Translations under genes and position numbers: made by a program | Shown: one piece after another, positions 44,627-55,141 of the stretch | Numbering within the stretch: the first letter of the stretch is position 1 | Layout: each line of letters begins with the position of its first letter | Origin: a virus | IMG/VR virus record: IMGVR_UViG_3300024346_000009 | Strand: one strand, 5' to 3' | DNA length: 64,000 bases | The notes under the pieces: generated by a model | Told to the model about the DNA's origin: nothing | Databases searched by the model: none | What the model saw: only the letters and a program-made list of their open reading frames with translations

Positions 44627-47137
44627 ATGCTATTTTATACAAACGTTTATGCCCGGGGTGATTATATTTACTTCCGCGGATTCAAGGATGGTAAGCGGGT
44701 TCATCAGAAGGTGCCGTTTAAGCCAAGTTTCTATGTTCGATCTGGTACCGAGTCACAATATAAATCTTTATGGGGTGAAAATCTTGAGAAGAAGCAGTTT
44801 GGCTCTATTGCGGCTGCGAAGGAATTTGTAAAGAGGTACAGGGATGTAAGCAACTTCCCTATCTACGGTAACTATAATTACATATATCAATTCACCAGCA
44901 AACTCTTTCCCGATAAGATTGACGTCGATATCTCGTTAATGAGGATTGTGACGATTGATATCGAGACCACAACTGAGTATGGTTTCCCTGATGTCCGGAA
45001 TGCGCAAGAGCAGGTTATTCTTATTTCTATTCAAGACTTTAATACAAAGCAAATTACAACCTTTGGATGTAAGCCGTATACGAGTAAGAAAGAAAATGCT
45101 ACCTATATTCAATGCGTAGATGAATTTGATCTACTGCGTAAGTTTATTAACTACCTTAAAGATGATTATCCCGATGTAATAACTGGCTGGAACGTACAGC
45201 TGTTTGACATTGCATACCTGTCTTCTAGAATTGTTAAGGTATTAGGTGATAAAGCTTTAACGGAATGTTCTCCTTGGGGGTTCGTCTCAACCAATGAGGT
45301 ACCGTACGCAAGAGGTCGTACCCAACTAGCATATAACTGGAGTGGTATATCCATTCTTGACTTTATGGATCTGTATAAGAAGTTTTCTTATAAGATGGTT
45401 GAAAACTATAAGCTGGATACGGTTGCTAAGGAGGAGCTTAACAAGGAGAAGATTAAGTCACCATACAGCACCTTTAAAGAGTTTTATACGAATGATTGGG
45501 AACTCTTTGTTGACTATAATATTGTCGACGTAGAGTTGGTTGACCAGTTGGAAGATAAGATGAGAATTATTACTCTTATCCTGACTATGGCGTACGATGC
45601 TAAATGCAATTACACGGATATCTTTTCATCGGTACGTACATGGGATTGTATTTTATATAATAAGTTATTGAAGCAGAACATTATTGTTCATAACCCGCCC
45701 CCGGTTGATCTTAATTTAGATAGACAGATTATGGGTGCGTATGTCAAGGAGCCTAAGCCTAGTCAATACGATTGGGTTGTTTCTTTTGATGCAACCTCTC
45801 TGTACCCCTCTATTATTATGTCATGGAATATGTCTCCTGAGACACTTGTTAACGGGCAGAAGTACCTAGCAGACGATGAGAGAAGTATTCAGCAGTTATT
45901 AGACAGAACTGTACATACACAAAATATTCATGATGAGCAGTTGGCTATGACTGCTAACGGGCAATGCTTTAGAAAAGATAAGAAGGGTATCTTCCCTGAA
46001 TTAATTGAGTTCTACTTTGGTGAGCGACAGGTTGCTAAGAAGCTAATGCTAGAAGCGCAAATCATGTACGAGAAGACAAAAGATAAGAAGTACTTGAACG
46101 AAATATCCAGTCTTAACTCAAGGCAGATGTCTGCTAAGATTTTAATGAACTCTCTTTACGGTGCAATGGGTAATGTTCACTTTAGGTATTATGATATCCG
46201 AATAGCCGAGGGTATTACAATGACCGGGCAACTTATTATTCGAACGGTAGCTAATAAATTAAAAAGCTTTGTAAATAAGGAATGTGGAACTAAAGATATT
46301 GAATACTCTTTTTATTCCGATACCGATTCTACGTACATTACTCTTGGAGATTTAGTAAAACGCAATCTTAAAGGTAGAACTAACGAGGTGATCGTAGAGG
46401 TTTTAGATAAGTACTGTAGTACACAGATTGAACCTACTATTAACGAGGCGTGTGAGGATCTTGCAGACTACTTAAATATTTACCAGCGTAGGATTAAATT
46501 TAAGCGAGAGATTATTGCCGATAGAGGTATATGGATTGCTAAGAAGCGGTATGCGGTTAATGTATATAACTCGGAAGGTGTTACTTACGATCCCCCGAAG
46601 CTTAAAATTCTAGGGATGGAGATCGTTAGGTCCTCTACCCCTGCCCCGGTTCGTAAAGCACTCAAGGAGGCTGTCGGTATTGCTCTTACAAAAGATGAGG
46701 CAACGTTGAGGCAGTTTGTGGCTGACTTAGAGTCAACGTGGCATAGTCTTGACCCTGAAGATATTGCGTTCCCTAGAGGTATTAATGGGCTTAAAGAATA
46801 TAGTGATCCTAATTCCATCTTTAGAAAGGGTACCCCTATCCACGTAAGGGGAGCTCTCCTATATAATCATCTAATTACAAATAATGGGTTAGAGAAGAAG
46901 TATCAATTGATTCAAGAAGGGGATAAGATTAAGTTTGTGTATTTAAGAGAACCTAATCCCCTAGCTACCCACGTTATAACATTTGCAGGAGATATCCCTC
47001 CGGAGTTTAATTTACGTGAGTATATTGATTATGATAAAATGTTTGAGAAGTCTTTTCTTGAACCCCTTAACTCTTTACTCAGCTGTATTGGCTGGCAAGT
47101 TAAAGAAACCGCATCTCTAGAAGGATTATTCGGATGA
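44627..47137 (+). CDS. gp43: Family B DNA polymerase gp43
   Basis: DIET exonuclease, SFDATSLYPS, K...NSLYG, YSDTDS, KKRY. Confidence 0.98.
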   Translation: MLFYTNVYARGDYIYFRGFKDGKRVHQKVPFKPSFYVRSGTESQYKSLWGENLEKKQFGSIAAAKEFVKRYRDVSNFPIYGNYNYIYQFTSKLFPDKIDVDISLMRIVTIDIETTTEYGFPDVRNAQEQVILISIQDFNTKQITTFGCKPYTSKKENATYIQCVDEFDLLRKFINYLKDDYPDVITGWNVQLFDIAYLSSRIVKVLGDKALTECSPWGFVSTNEVPYARGRTQLAYNWSGISILDFMDLYKKFSYKMVENYKLDTVAKEELNKEKIKSPYSTFKEFYTNDWELFVDYNIVDVELVDQLEDKMRIITLILTMAYDAKCNYTDIFSSVRTWDCILYNKLLKQNIIVHNPPPVDLNLDRQIMGAYVKEPKPSQYDWVVSFDATSLYPSIIMSWNMSPETLVNGQKYLADDERSIQQLLDRTVHTQNIHDEQLAMTANGQCFRKDKKGIFPELIEFYFGERQVAKKLMLEAQIMYEKTKDKKYLNEISSLNSRQMSAKILMNSLYGAMGNVHFRYYDIRIAEGITMTGQLIIRTVANKLKSFVNKECGTKDIEYSFYSDTDSTYITLGDLVKRNLKGRTNEVIVEVLDKYCSTQIEPTINEACEDLADYLNIYQRRIKFKREIIADRGIWIAKKRYAVNVYNSEGVTYDPPKLKILGMEIVRSSTPAPVRKALKEAVGIALTKDEATLRQFVADLESTWHSLDPEDIAFPRGINGLKEYSDPNSIFRKGTPIHVRGALLYNHLITNNGLEKKYQLIQEGDKIKFVYLREPNPLATHVITFAGDIPPEFNLREYIDYDKMFEKSFLEPLNSLLSCIGWQVKETASLEGLFG

Positions 47138-47574
47138 AAAAATATATTGCAATTCTTTCATTACTGTTAGTTACCCAGGCATTTGCTCAAAAGATGCCCA
47201 AGAACTCAGCAACCTATGACACCCAGGTCTTACGTGTAAGTGATGGTGATACCATTGTCATTGCAGCACCATTCTTACCTGCGCCACTCAAACCAGAACT
47301 AGCAGTTCGTATCTTCGGTGTTGATACACCAGAAAAGGGACATAGAGCACAGTGTCCACAAGAGGATCAAAGAGCACAGTTAGCTAGTAAATGGACCTCT
47401 CAGTTGATTGCTCAGGGGGGTAGGATACAAGTTACCTTATATGCCTGGGATAAATTTGGTGGTAGGGTGCTTGGAGATATCTTAGTTAATGGTCAAAGTG
47501 TTCGAGCTGGGTTAATTGCTAATGGATTAGCACGTGAATATTACGGTGATGCCAAGCAAAGCTGGTGTCAGTAA
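47134..47574 (+). CDS. Secreted thermonuclease (SNase)
   Basis: Signal peptide, DGDT, RI.GVDTPE, DKFGGR.L. Confidence 0.9.
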   Translation: MKKYIAILSLLLVTQAFAQKMPKNSATYDTQVLRVSDGDTIVIAAPFLPAPLKPELAVRIFGVDTPEKGHRAQCPQEDQRAQLASKWTSQLIAQGGRIQVTLYAWDKFGGRVLGDILVNGQSVRAGLIANGLAREYYGDAKQSWCQ

Positions 47575-47632
47575 TAGATTGACCTTACGTCTGATTTATA
47601 TTATAATATGTGAACTATAAGGAACTTATACT

Positions 47633-48697
47633 ATGTCAATACTCGATAAGATTAAAAAGAACTCTACTATTAAGGATACGGCCCTCTTAGCCGAATCGAA
47701 ATTCTTTCAGAAGAAGGATATGATTCCTACTTCTATCCCTGCAATTAATATTGCTTTATCTGGTAGACTAGATGGAGGTCTTACTCCTGGTCTTACGATG
47801 TGGGCAGGTCCTTCGAAGCACTTTAAGACTGCTTTTTCTTTATTGATGGCAAAGTCGTATCTGGATAAGTATCCCGATGCGGCTTTACTCTTTTATGATT
47901 CAGAGTTCGGTACTCCTCAGTCGTACTTTGACTCTTTTGGCATTGATGCTAAACGTGTTATCCATACCCCACTAACTAATATTGAGCAATTGAAGTTCGA
48001 TATAATGACTCAGTTAGAAGGTATTGAAAGAAGTGATCATCTGATTATTATTATTGACTCTATTGGTAACCTTGCATCTAAGAAAGAAGTCGAAGATGCG
48101 TTAGAAGGTAAGTCGGTAGCAGATATGTCAAGAGCAAAGCAGATCAAGTCTCTGTTCCGTATGGTTACCCCTCATCTATCTCTTAAAGATATACCGATGG
48201 TAGTAGTTAATCATACCTATAAGACTATGGAGTTATATTCAAAAGACGTTGTAGGTGGTGGTACTGGTTCTTATTACTCCGCCGATAATATCTTTATCCT
48301 AGGTCGTCAGCAAGAAAAAGAAGGTACCGAGGTTGTAGGGTATAACTTTATTATTAACGTTGAGAAGTCGCGCTACGTCAGAGAGAAATCTAAGATCCCT
48401 GTTACTGTTCGTCACGATGGTGGTATCAGTCGTTGGTCTGGACTACTGGATATGGCTTTAGAATCTGGTCACGTTATTAAGCCTTCTAACGGTTGGTATT
48501 CTCGCGTTAATAAAGATACCGGTGAAGTAGAAGATCAGAAGTTTAGAGCAGCACAGTGTGATACTAAGGAGTTCTGGCTACCTATTTTACAAACATCTTC
48601 ATTCCAGGAATGGGTAAAGACTACCTATCAAGTTGCTAACGGTGCTATCTTGAGTGATGAAGATATTACTAAGGAGTTTGATGATGCTACGGAATGA
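47633..48697 (+). CDS. uvsX: RecA-like recombinase UvsX
   Basis: GPSKHFKT, YDSEFG, DSIGNLAS. Confidence 0.96.
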   Translation: MSILDKIKKNSTIKDTALLAESKFFQKKDMIPTSIPAINIALSGRLDGGLTPGLTMWAGPSKHFKTAFSLLMAKSYLDKYPDAALLFYDSEFGTPQSYFDSFGIDAKRVIHTPLTNIEQLKFDIMTQLEGIERSDHLIIIIDSIGNLASKKEVEDALEGKSVADMSRAKQIKSLFRMVTPHLSLKDIPMVVVNHTYKTMELYSKDVVGGGTGSYYSADNIFILGRQQEKEGTEVVGYNFIINVEKSRYVREKSKIPVTVRHDGGISRWSGLLDMALESGHVIKPSNGWYSRVNKDTGEVEDQKFRAAQCDTKEFWLPILQTSSFQEWVKTTYQVANGAILSDEDITKEFDDATE

Positions 48698-48986
48698 TTT
48701 ATTTAAACCATGGTTTGTAGGCGACGACTGGGGGTTTGAAATTATAGACGGTGAGTATAAAGGTGTATGTATTCAGATTGAAAAATTAGAGTTTGATGAA
48801 AAAACAGAAGGTGGTCTACTACTAGACTCCCATACTGTACATAAGCCGGATTCAATTACCGATGAAGAATTAAAAGAGCCAAAATTTCAAGCTGTTGTTG
48901 AAGTTATTATTAATGATATTTTACGAGAAGCAATAGATGACCTTAAGCAGACTAGAGATAACGATACTAAAGAATCTAGTACATGA
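48681..48986 (+). CDS. Acidic protein, gp40-like by position
   Basis: Lies between uvsX and gp41, as gene 40 does in T4. Confidence 0.5.
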   Translation: MMLRNDLFKPWFVGDDWGFEIIDGEYKGVCIQIEKLEFDEKTEGGLLLDSHTVHKPDSITDEELKEPKFQAVVEVIINDILREAIDDLKQTRDNDTKESST

Positions 48987-50328
48987 TGAAGTATACATGC
49001 GCAAGGTACTGCCTTTTATTAAGGAGCAGTACTTTACGGATGAGAGTGAAAGAACGGTTTATAAATTAATTCACGAGTTTGTAACTAAGTACAACAAGCC
49101 TCCTACGGTTGAGGCTATATCTATTTCATTACAGAATACCAATGTACCTGAAGGTCAATTTAAGGAGATAACCGATCTCTTTAAAGAGCTGGTCGTAACG
49201 GAGGTACCTAACCCTCAATGGTTATTAGATGAGACTGAAAAGTTCTGTAAGGATAAGGCTGTATATAACGCTATTCTTCAATCTATCGGGGTAATGGAGG
49301 GTAGGGATAAGCTTGTATCAAAAGATGGTATTCCTTCTTTACTTCAAGATGCATTAGGTGTTTGTTTTGATAACTCTGTTGGGCATGATTACTTTGATGA
49401 TGCAAGTAAGAGGTTTGAATACTATAACCGTGTCGAAGAGCGAATCCCATTTGACCTAGATCTCTTTAATAAGATCACACAGGGTGGGATGCCTAATAAA
49501 ACGCTTAATATTGCGCTTGCAGGTACCGGGGTTGGTAAGTCTTTATTCATGTGTCACGTAGCCGCCAGTTGTATTGGTCAAGGTAAAAATGTATTGTACA
49601 TTACTTTGGAGATGGCAGAGGAGCGAATTGCTGAGCGTATTGACGCAAATCTATTGAACGTGGAGATCGATCAATTAAAGTCTCTACCTAAACAAATGTT
49701 TGATAGCAGGATGGAAAAGCTGAATAACAAGATACATGGCAAGCTAATTATTAAGGAGTACCCTACGGCGTCTGCACACGTTGGCCACTTTAAAATGCTG
49801 TTAAATGAGTTGAGTTTAAAGAGATCCTTTAAACCTGATGTAATTTTTATCGATTACTTGAACATATGTGCATCCTCCAGATTTAAGCCTGGTGGAGGTG
49901 TCAATTCTTATACATATATAAAAGCCATTGCAGAAGAGTTACGTGGTCTAGCTGTAGAATTTAATGTACCTATTATGTCAGCTACTCAGACAACGCGTTC
50001 GGGTTTCTCGAATACGGATGTGGAGCTTACAGATACTTCCGAATCTTTCGGTCTACCAGCAACAGCAGATTTTATGTTTGCGTTGATTAGTACAGAAGAA
50101 CTCGAGCAACTCAATCAGTTAATGGTAAAGCAGCTGAAAAACCGGTATAATGACCCTACATTACACAAGCGGTTTATGATCGGTATTGATCGGGCGAAAA
50201 TGCGGCTGTATGACCTTGAGGATATTGCTCAAAGTAATCTACGGGATACCGGGCAGGAAGATGCACCTATTAATATTGGTATGAATAATCTATTCAAGAA
50301 AAAGGACTTCTCCGGAATTAAAGTATAA
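48937..50328 (+). CDS. gp41: Replicative helicase gp41
   Basis: AGTGVGKS, LEMAEE, IDYLN, SESFGLP, KNRY. Confidence 0.97.
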   Translation: MTLSRLEITILKNLVHDEVYMRKVLPFIKEQYFTDESERTVYKLIHEFVTKYNKPPTVEAISISLQNTNVPEGQFKEITDLFKELVVTEVPNPQWLLDETEKFCKDKAVYNAILQSIGVMEGRDKLVSKDGIPSLLQDALGVCFDNSVGHDYFDDASKRFEYYNRVEERIPFDLDLFNKITQGGMPNKTLNIALAGTGVGKSLFMCHVAASCIGQGKNVLYITLEMAEERIAERIDANLLNVEIDQLKSLPKQMFDSRMEKLNNKIHGKLIIKEYPTASAHVGHFKMLLNELSLKRSFKPDVIFIDYLNICASSRFKPGGGVNSYTYIKAIAEELRGLAVEFNVPIMSATQTTRSGFSNTDVELTDTSESFGLPATADFMFALISTEELEQLNQLMVKQLKNRYNDPTLHKRFMIGIDRAKMRLYDLEDIAQSNLRDTGQEDAPINIGMNNLFKKKDFSGIKV

Positions 50329-50348
50329 ATAATTCTAAAGGGGGCCCT

Positions 50349-50990
50349 ATGTATCTTGCACCAGTTATAGATGGAATTTTAGAGTCAAAGAAATCTAAAT
50401 TAGTAGGCCGCCAAACTTATTTTTATATTACCGGTATATTAAACCGGTCTTTTGCAAAGGTTGAACCCTTTACATTTCGGTATGAAACCTACAGTGATTA
50501 CAGCAGAGAAGACTTTTCAGTATCCGGTCTATACGATATGGATGCAAATAAGCGTTACATAGTTCTTAACTTCCCTAAAAATCACAAAACCTTTCCCATG
50601 GATGATGAGAAGTGGAGAGAATTTAAGTTTGCGGTATCACAGGTATGCCAGCATGAAGCTATCCATCAAAACCAATGGCAGCACCGAGACTATAAAGATG
50701 AAGGAGCGTTAAGTTTAGATTTTAGAAACATGGCAGGGGATTTGGATGAGGATAGAGAGTATCTTTCAGATATTGACGAAATTGATGCTTACGGTCATGA
50801 TATTGCAATGGAAATAAAATTTTGTTACCCTAAAAAGGATCCCTACGAGGTTTTGCGTACAATAGACAGAAGAAGAAAATTGTGGTCATACTCGTACTAT
50901 AAAAAAACTTTTAAAGGTGAGGAGTGGTCTGACATTAAGAAGCGGCTTTATAAGAAAATATACTTATGGATGCCATATGTTACTGTATAA
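50349..50990 (+). CDS. Late HExxH protein
   Basis: HEAIH, EIDAY; TATAAATA at 50324-50331. Confidence 0.65.
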   Translation: MYLAPVIDGILESKKSKLVGRQTYFYITGILNRSFAKVEPFTFRYETYSDYSREDFSVSGLYDMDANKRYIVLNFPKNHKTFPMDDEKWREFKFAVSQVCQHEAIHQNQWQHRDYKDEGALSLDFRNMAGDLDEDREYLSDIDEIDAYGHDIAMEIKFCYPKKDPYEVLRTIDRRRKLWSYSYYKKTFKGEEWSDIKKRLYKKIYLWMPYVTV

Positions 50991-51004
50991 TATAAAAGGA
51001 AGAA

Positions 51005-51178
51005 ATGGAAGAACCTATCTTCTCAATAATGGATTTACTTCAATTGGGGTTAATGATTTTAGCCTGTTACGCCTGTTACTGGAGGGGAAGAATTGTAGGA
51101 ATTGAACAAACGGTACAAACCTTGGCAGACCAGGGGTTAATTGACCTAGAAGAAGTTGAAGATGAAGAAGGCCTTTAG
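51005..51178 (+). CDS. Small membrane protein (57 aa)
   Basis: SD AAGGA, TM segment, terminator at about 51168-51190. Confidence 0.55.
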   Translation: MEEPIFSIMDLLQLGLMILACYACYWRGRIVGIEQTVQTLADQGLIDLEEVEDEEGL

Positions 51179-51258
51179 GGGCCTTTTTTTACGGCCGTAA
51201 ATTTGCCTTTTGGACGGAAATAGGTTATAATAGTATATCAACTAAATTAAAGGATTGT

Positions 51259-51519
51259 ATGCAAACTCAGACTAACTCTAGACCCCGTATTAAAAACGAT
51301 ACTGTGGGTACCGATGGTATGAAGTTGTTGTTTAAGGAATACGAAGGTTCGACGTTGGTGTCGTTTCGTAACACCTGTAGTTTACTGATTGAAGAATCCG
51401 CTGGTAAGAGAAGTACTAAGGATAAGTTTCTTGCAGAGATTGCACGAGCTACATCCAAGGATACGATGCTTACCAAGGTTACCAATTACATGATGGCCGG
51501 GCAGGGTCTTGGTGTGTAA
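51259..51519 (+). CDS. Hypothetical early protein
   Basis: Promoter TTGCCT-17-TATAAT at 51203-51231; SD AAGGA. Confidence 0.7.
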   Translation: MQTQTNSRPRIKNDTVGTDGMKLLFKEYEGSTLVSFRNTCSLLIEESAGKRSTKDKFLAEIARATSKDTMLTKVTNYMMAGQGLGV

Positions 51520-51579
51520 GCACCACAGTAGTTGGGTTTTGTGTGATAGGTAGTTAAATTTTATTATGAAAGGTCTATT

Positions 51580-51909
51580 ATGACTTTGTTTACTGTGGCA
51601 GGTGTTTCTAGACACAATGGTGAGATAAAGGTTCGTTTCTGTTCTGATTTTGTACTTCGAGTTAAGAACTTGCAGAAGCAGGGAGATACGGATATTCAGC
51701 TTATCGAACTTCCAAACCCTATGACTAAGCCCCAAGCTTGTTCGTTTCTTTTGGATCAGGAATCATTTAATGTTTATGCTTCTGAAATTATCGAGATTCT
51801 GGGCAAAAAGGAGTTGAAAGAAACTCCTAAACAGCCTATAATCAAGGCTGCGAAAGAGGAAAAAGTTGATCTAGAACTTGAGTCAATCAAAGAACTAGCT
51901 GAAGCTTAA
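51580..51909 (+). CDS. Conserved phage hypothetical protein
   Basis: FTVAGVS...KVRF...LIELP.PMTK. Confidence 0.7.
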   Translation: MTLFTVAGVSRHNGEIKVRFCSDFVLRVKNLQKQGDTDIQLIELPNPMTKPQACSFLLDQESFNVYASEIIEILGKKELKETPKQPIIKAAKEEKVDLELESIKELAEA

Positions 51910-51985
51910 TCCTCTGTTACGAGGGAAAGACCACCGCCCTCGTAACTTTTTCTATGGTGGGGCATTTCTATATTAAGGAAATATT

Positions 51986-52234
51986 ATGTCTTTGCAAAAC
52001 AGTGTACTGAAAACTTTGTCACATGGCCGTCAATTTACCGCCGGTCAAATGGCAGGTTTGTTTGGTACTACAGAAACCTCTGTAGCCGCTCGCATCTCCG
52101 AGTTGCGCTCACAAGGTTATTCCATCTATAGCAATACTGCTAAGAATGGAAAGACTGCATACCGTTTGGGTACGCCCTCACGCCGTATGATTGCCGCCGC
52201 TTACGCAGCCGTTGGCAGCTCAGTTTTTAACTGA
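51986..52234 (+). CDS. Winged-helix DNA-binding protein
   Basis: ARISELR.QGY.IY...YRLG.PSR. Confidence 0.7.
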   Translation: MSLQNSVLKTLSHGRQFTAGQMAGLFGTTETSVAARISELRSQGYSIYSNTAKNGKTAYRLGTPSRRMIAAAYAAVGSSVFN

Positions 52235-52305
52235 TGTGACTTGAACGGTCTCTCCTAAGGGACGCCGGAGATCGTAACCGGCATTAATTTTATTATGGAG
52301 TCGTT

Positions 52306-52608
52306 ATGCCTTTATTTGTTGTAGATGCTATTCAAATGTTTCGCACCAGATACGTTGTTGAATGTAGAGAAGCCGAGCATGCAGGGGATACCGTTACCAT
52401 GAACGAGGCCGAGCAGTTCAGCCAGATGGATTTAGGTGAACGTATTGTAACTACTAAAGAAATTACCTATGAACAGTTTCATAAGATGAATAAATCTTTA
52501 GAAGAAGGTCATGGTGATGGTAATCATTATCAAGCCGAATCTGGCTCACCCTGGATGGGTGAGAAAATAATTTACGTTGTTAATTATGATCAGGATACTA
52601 AAGAATGA
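52306..52608 (+). CDS. Hypothetical protein
   Basis: SD GGAG; FR.RYVV..., FSQ.DLGE. Confidence 0.7.
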   Translation: MPLFVVDAIQMFRTRYVVECREAEHAGDTVTMNEAEQFSQMDLGERIVTTKEITYEQFHKMNKSLEEGHGDGNHYQAESGSPWMGEKIIYVVNYDQDTKE

Positions 52609-52802
52609 ATGTACTAGCACAAGTCCAGCGGCAACGAGTTAGATTTAGCCCGGATGATAAAAAGCACATCAGTGCATATCGTCACTTTGTAGTTAAACGT
52701 AAATGGGAGAACCCTGGTTGCCCTTATGAATTAGAATGGCCTTATCTAAGTATTCCCGATATGATTAAAGATAAGATCATTAATCACTACTTAAAAATCT
52801 AG
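52605..52802 (+). CDS. Hypothetical protein
   Basis: Coupled; CP..LEWPY. Confidence 0.65.
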   Translation: MNVLAQVQRQRVRFSPDDKKHISAYRHFVVKRKWENPGCPYELEWPYLSIPDMIKDKIINHYLKI

Positions 52803-52868
52803 TTTTTAGCCTCCTATCTGGGGGTTTTTTATTGTATAAATATAATAAAACAACGCTAGGGTATTTAA

Positions 52869-53645
52869 ATGTCTACTTCTTCTGACTATGAAGATGCAGT
52901 TGCTGCAAATATACATAACGCCTCTAAAGGGGTAGTTGGTATACGTCATAAATCTGGTCTACAAAGCATGACATCTTACCCGGATGTCGAGGTTAAGTAT
53001 AAAGGTATATCTACATGGGTGGAGGTAAAGATGAATCATACTGATAACCTAATGAATCCTAGATTTAAGTATGTTGATGGTAAATGGGCAGTATCTGGTG
53101 TCGATTCTAAAGCTATTCAGGAGCTAACTCAATACTTCAACGTCAGTGAGGATGCAAAGAAGTGGGTAGATGCGTTAAGAAAGTTTGTAAAAGATCCAAA
53201 AAATAAGTACACAGGTGATCCAGCAAATATGACATTGCACTCACTGGTTGGAGATAGGGCTAGGGATAAAAATTCAGTACCGTTAATTACAATGAAAAGG
53301 TTTTTAGCGTCTCGTCCGAATAAAAATATATTCAAAGTCGATGGTGTTGATGTCGGGTCTTTGGTAACAGATCATTATACTAAAGGTAAGTCAGCTGCAG
53401 CATTGTATGTAAGTAGCGGAGATGATTTTTATAGATTTGGTAATAAGAATCCTTTTAAATTTACCCTAAAAGAAGCGCCTTTGTTTAAAGGAACTAATAG
53501 TATTACCTATCGTATTGGTGATCGATCAAGTAATTTTGAGATTATGGTAGAAGTAAAACTTAAAAATACAAACGCTATGGGTAGTAGTGACACTAGTGTC
53601 AAACCCGGATCATCTAAACCTAATCCTTTTTCAAATTTAAAATAA
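52869..53645 (+). CDS. Late protein with PD-(D/E)xK nuclease-like motif
   Basis: E...YPDVEV...WVEVKM; TATAAATA at 52835-52842. Confidence 0.55.
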   Translation: MSTSSDYEDAVAANIHNASKGVVGIRHKSGLQSMTSYPDVEVKYKGISTWVEVKMNHTDNLMNPRFKYVDGKWAVSGVDSKAIQELTQYFNVSEDAKKWVDALRKFVKDPKNKYTGDPANMTLHSLVGDRARDKNSVPLITMKRFLASRPNKNIFKVDGVDVGSLVTDHYTKGKSAAALYVSSGDDFYRFGNKNPFKFTLKEAPLFKGTNSITYRIGDRSSNFEIMVEVKLKNTNAMGSSDTSVKPGSSKPNPFSNLK

Positions 53646-54841
53646 TGATAACATTTCAATACTATTTAACAGAAGCAGCTTCTGAAGACAAACTCAAGCA
53701 TCTTGAGCATGCCGAAGACCATATCATTAACGCCGGGTTTGATGGCTTTGCCCACGCATACCACAACCTACAAGACGTGCATGATCAATTGAGCGGTAAA
53801 AAGAATAAGACCAAGATTACTACCAAGTACGATGGCTCACCTGCTATTGTATTCGGACATCACCCTGAGACAGGTCAGTTCTTTGTAGCATCTAAGTCAG
53901 CGTTTAATAAAGACCCTAAGATTAACTATACCGCTGAAGACATTGAAAAGAACCACGGTCATGCTCCTGGGCTGGTTCAGAAACTAAAACAAGCCCTTGA
54001 ACACCTACCCAAGATTGCTCCCAAGACCGGTGTATACCAAGGTGACATCATGCACTCAGGATTAAATACAAAAGATAATCCAAACGGTGATGTTACAAAA
54101 GAAGGGGGTAAGTACCACTTCCAGGCTAACCCAACCGGGGTTAAGTATTCCACAAAGGTAGGATCTGAAGAAGGTAAGAAGGCTGCCAGTTCAAAATTCG
54201 GCATTGCCGTTCATACTGCGTACCATGGTGATACCATTGAAGGTCTAAAAGCAGAATATGCACCTGACCTATCAGGCTTTAGCCACCATCCAGATGTACA
54301 TAATATTGATACTCAGGATGATGTTCAGCATGCTAAGATGACACCTGAACAGCATGAGTTGTACAATAAGCACATTAAGCATGCTACAGAAGAATTCAAG
54401 AATACACCTAAAAAAGCCTACAAAGCTTTAGAAGGTCATCAAGATTTGTTAAAGACTTATATTAACAGAACTGTCCGAGAAGGTACGACACCAACGGTTG
54501 CTGGCTACCGCTCTCATGCTAACGAATACCATGCTAAACTAATTGCTAAGGTAAAGACACCTAAAGCAATTGCTGCTAAGACTGAGACACTACATAACGA
54601 TCTATCTCATATTGATAAGCATACAGAGAACTTTCAACACTTACTTACCATGCACCATCATCTACAACAGGCTAAGGATCAGTTAACTACAGCGTTATCG
54701 GCTAAGCCTAAGTTCGAAACCTCGATGAGAGGTAAGCCAACTAAACCAGAAGGCTATGTAACCGTTAGAGAGAATAGACCAACTAAGTTTGTGGATAGAG
54801 GAGAGTTTAGCAGAATGCATCTAGGTGCAAGAACTGAGTAA
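53645..54841 (+). CDS. DUF6267-like protein (KxDG ligase/nucleotidyltransferase-like)
   Basis: HLEHAED, KYDGSPA, YQGD, EGYV, K.VDR.EFS; MITFQYYLTE N-terminus. Confidence 0.65.
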   Translation: MITFQYYLTEAASEDKLKHLEHAEDHIINAGFDGFAHAYHNLQDVHDQLSGKKNKTKITTKYDGSPAIVFGHHPETGQFFVASKSAFNKDPKINYTAEDIEKNHGHAPGLVQKLKQALEHLPKIAPKTGVYQGDIMHSGLNTKDNPNGDVTKEGGKYHFQANPTGVKYSTKVGSEEGKKAASSKFGIAVHTAYHGDTIEGLKAEYAPDLSGFSHHPDVHNIDTQDDVQHAKMTPEQHELYNKHIKHATEEFKNTPKKAYKALEGHQDLLKTYINRTVREGTTPTVAGYRSHANEYHAKLIAKVKTPKAIAAKTETLHNDLSHIDKHTENFQHLLTMHHHLQQAKDQLTTALSAKPKFETSMRGKPTKPEGYVTVRENRPTKFVDRGEFSRMHLGARTE

Positions 54842-54915
54842 ATCTTAAAAGCCCACTAATGGATTATGGCACCAAGGCAACTAAAAATCAATAACTATTT
54901 TGTATCAGGGACCAA

Positions 54916-55119
54916 ATGAAGATATTTAGAGATATTAGAGAGAACTTTAAAGACGGCCGTAACCCCGGCGACAAGGGCGACATGGCAAGACATGGTCTTA
55001 AAGGTAAATCTATTATACAATTGAAGAAGGTCAGATCCTCTGACTCTGCAACACCCAGAGAAAAGCAATTAGCCCACTGGAGAATCAATATGACACTAGG
55101 TAAAAAGAAAGATAAATAA
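54916..55119 (+). CDS. Small putative head-internal protein
   Basis: MKIFRDIRE N-terminus. Confidence 0.6.
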   Translation: MKIFRDIRENFKDGRNPGDKGDMARHGLKGKSIIQLKKVRSSDSATPREKQLAHWRINMTLGKKKDK

Positions 55120-55141
55120 ACGGTTAACTAATTAAATACAC

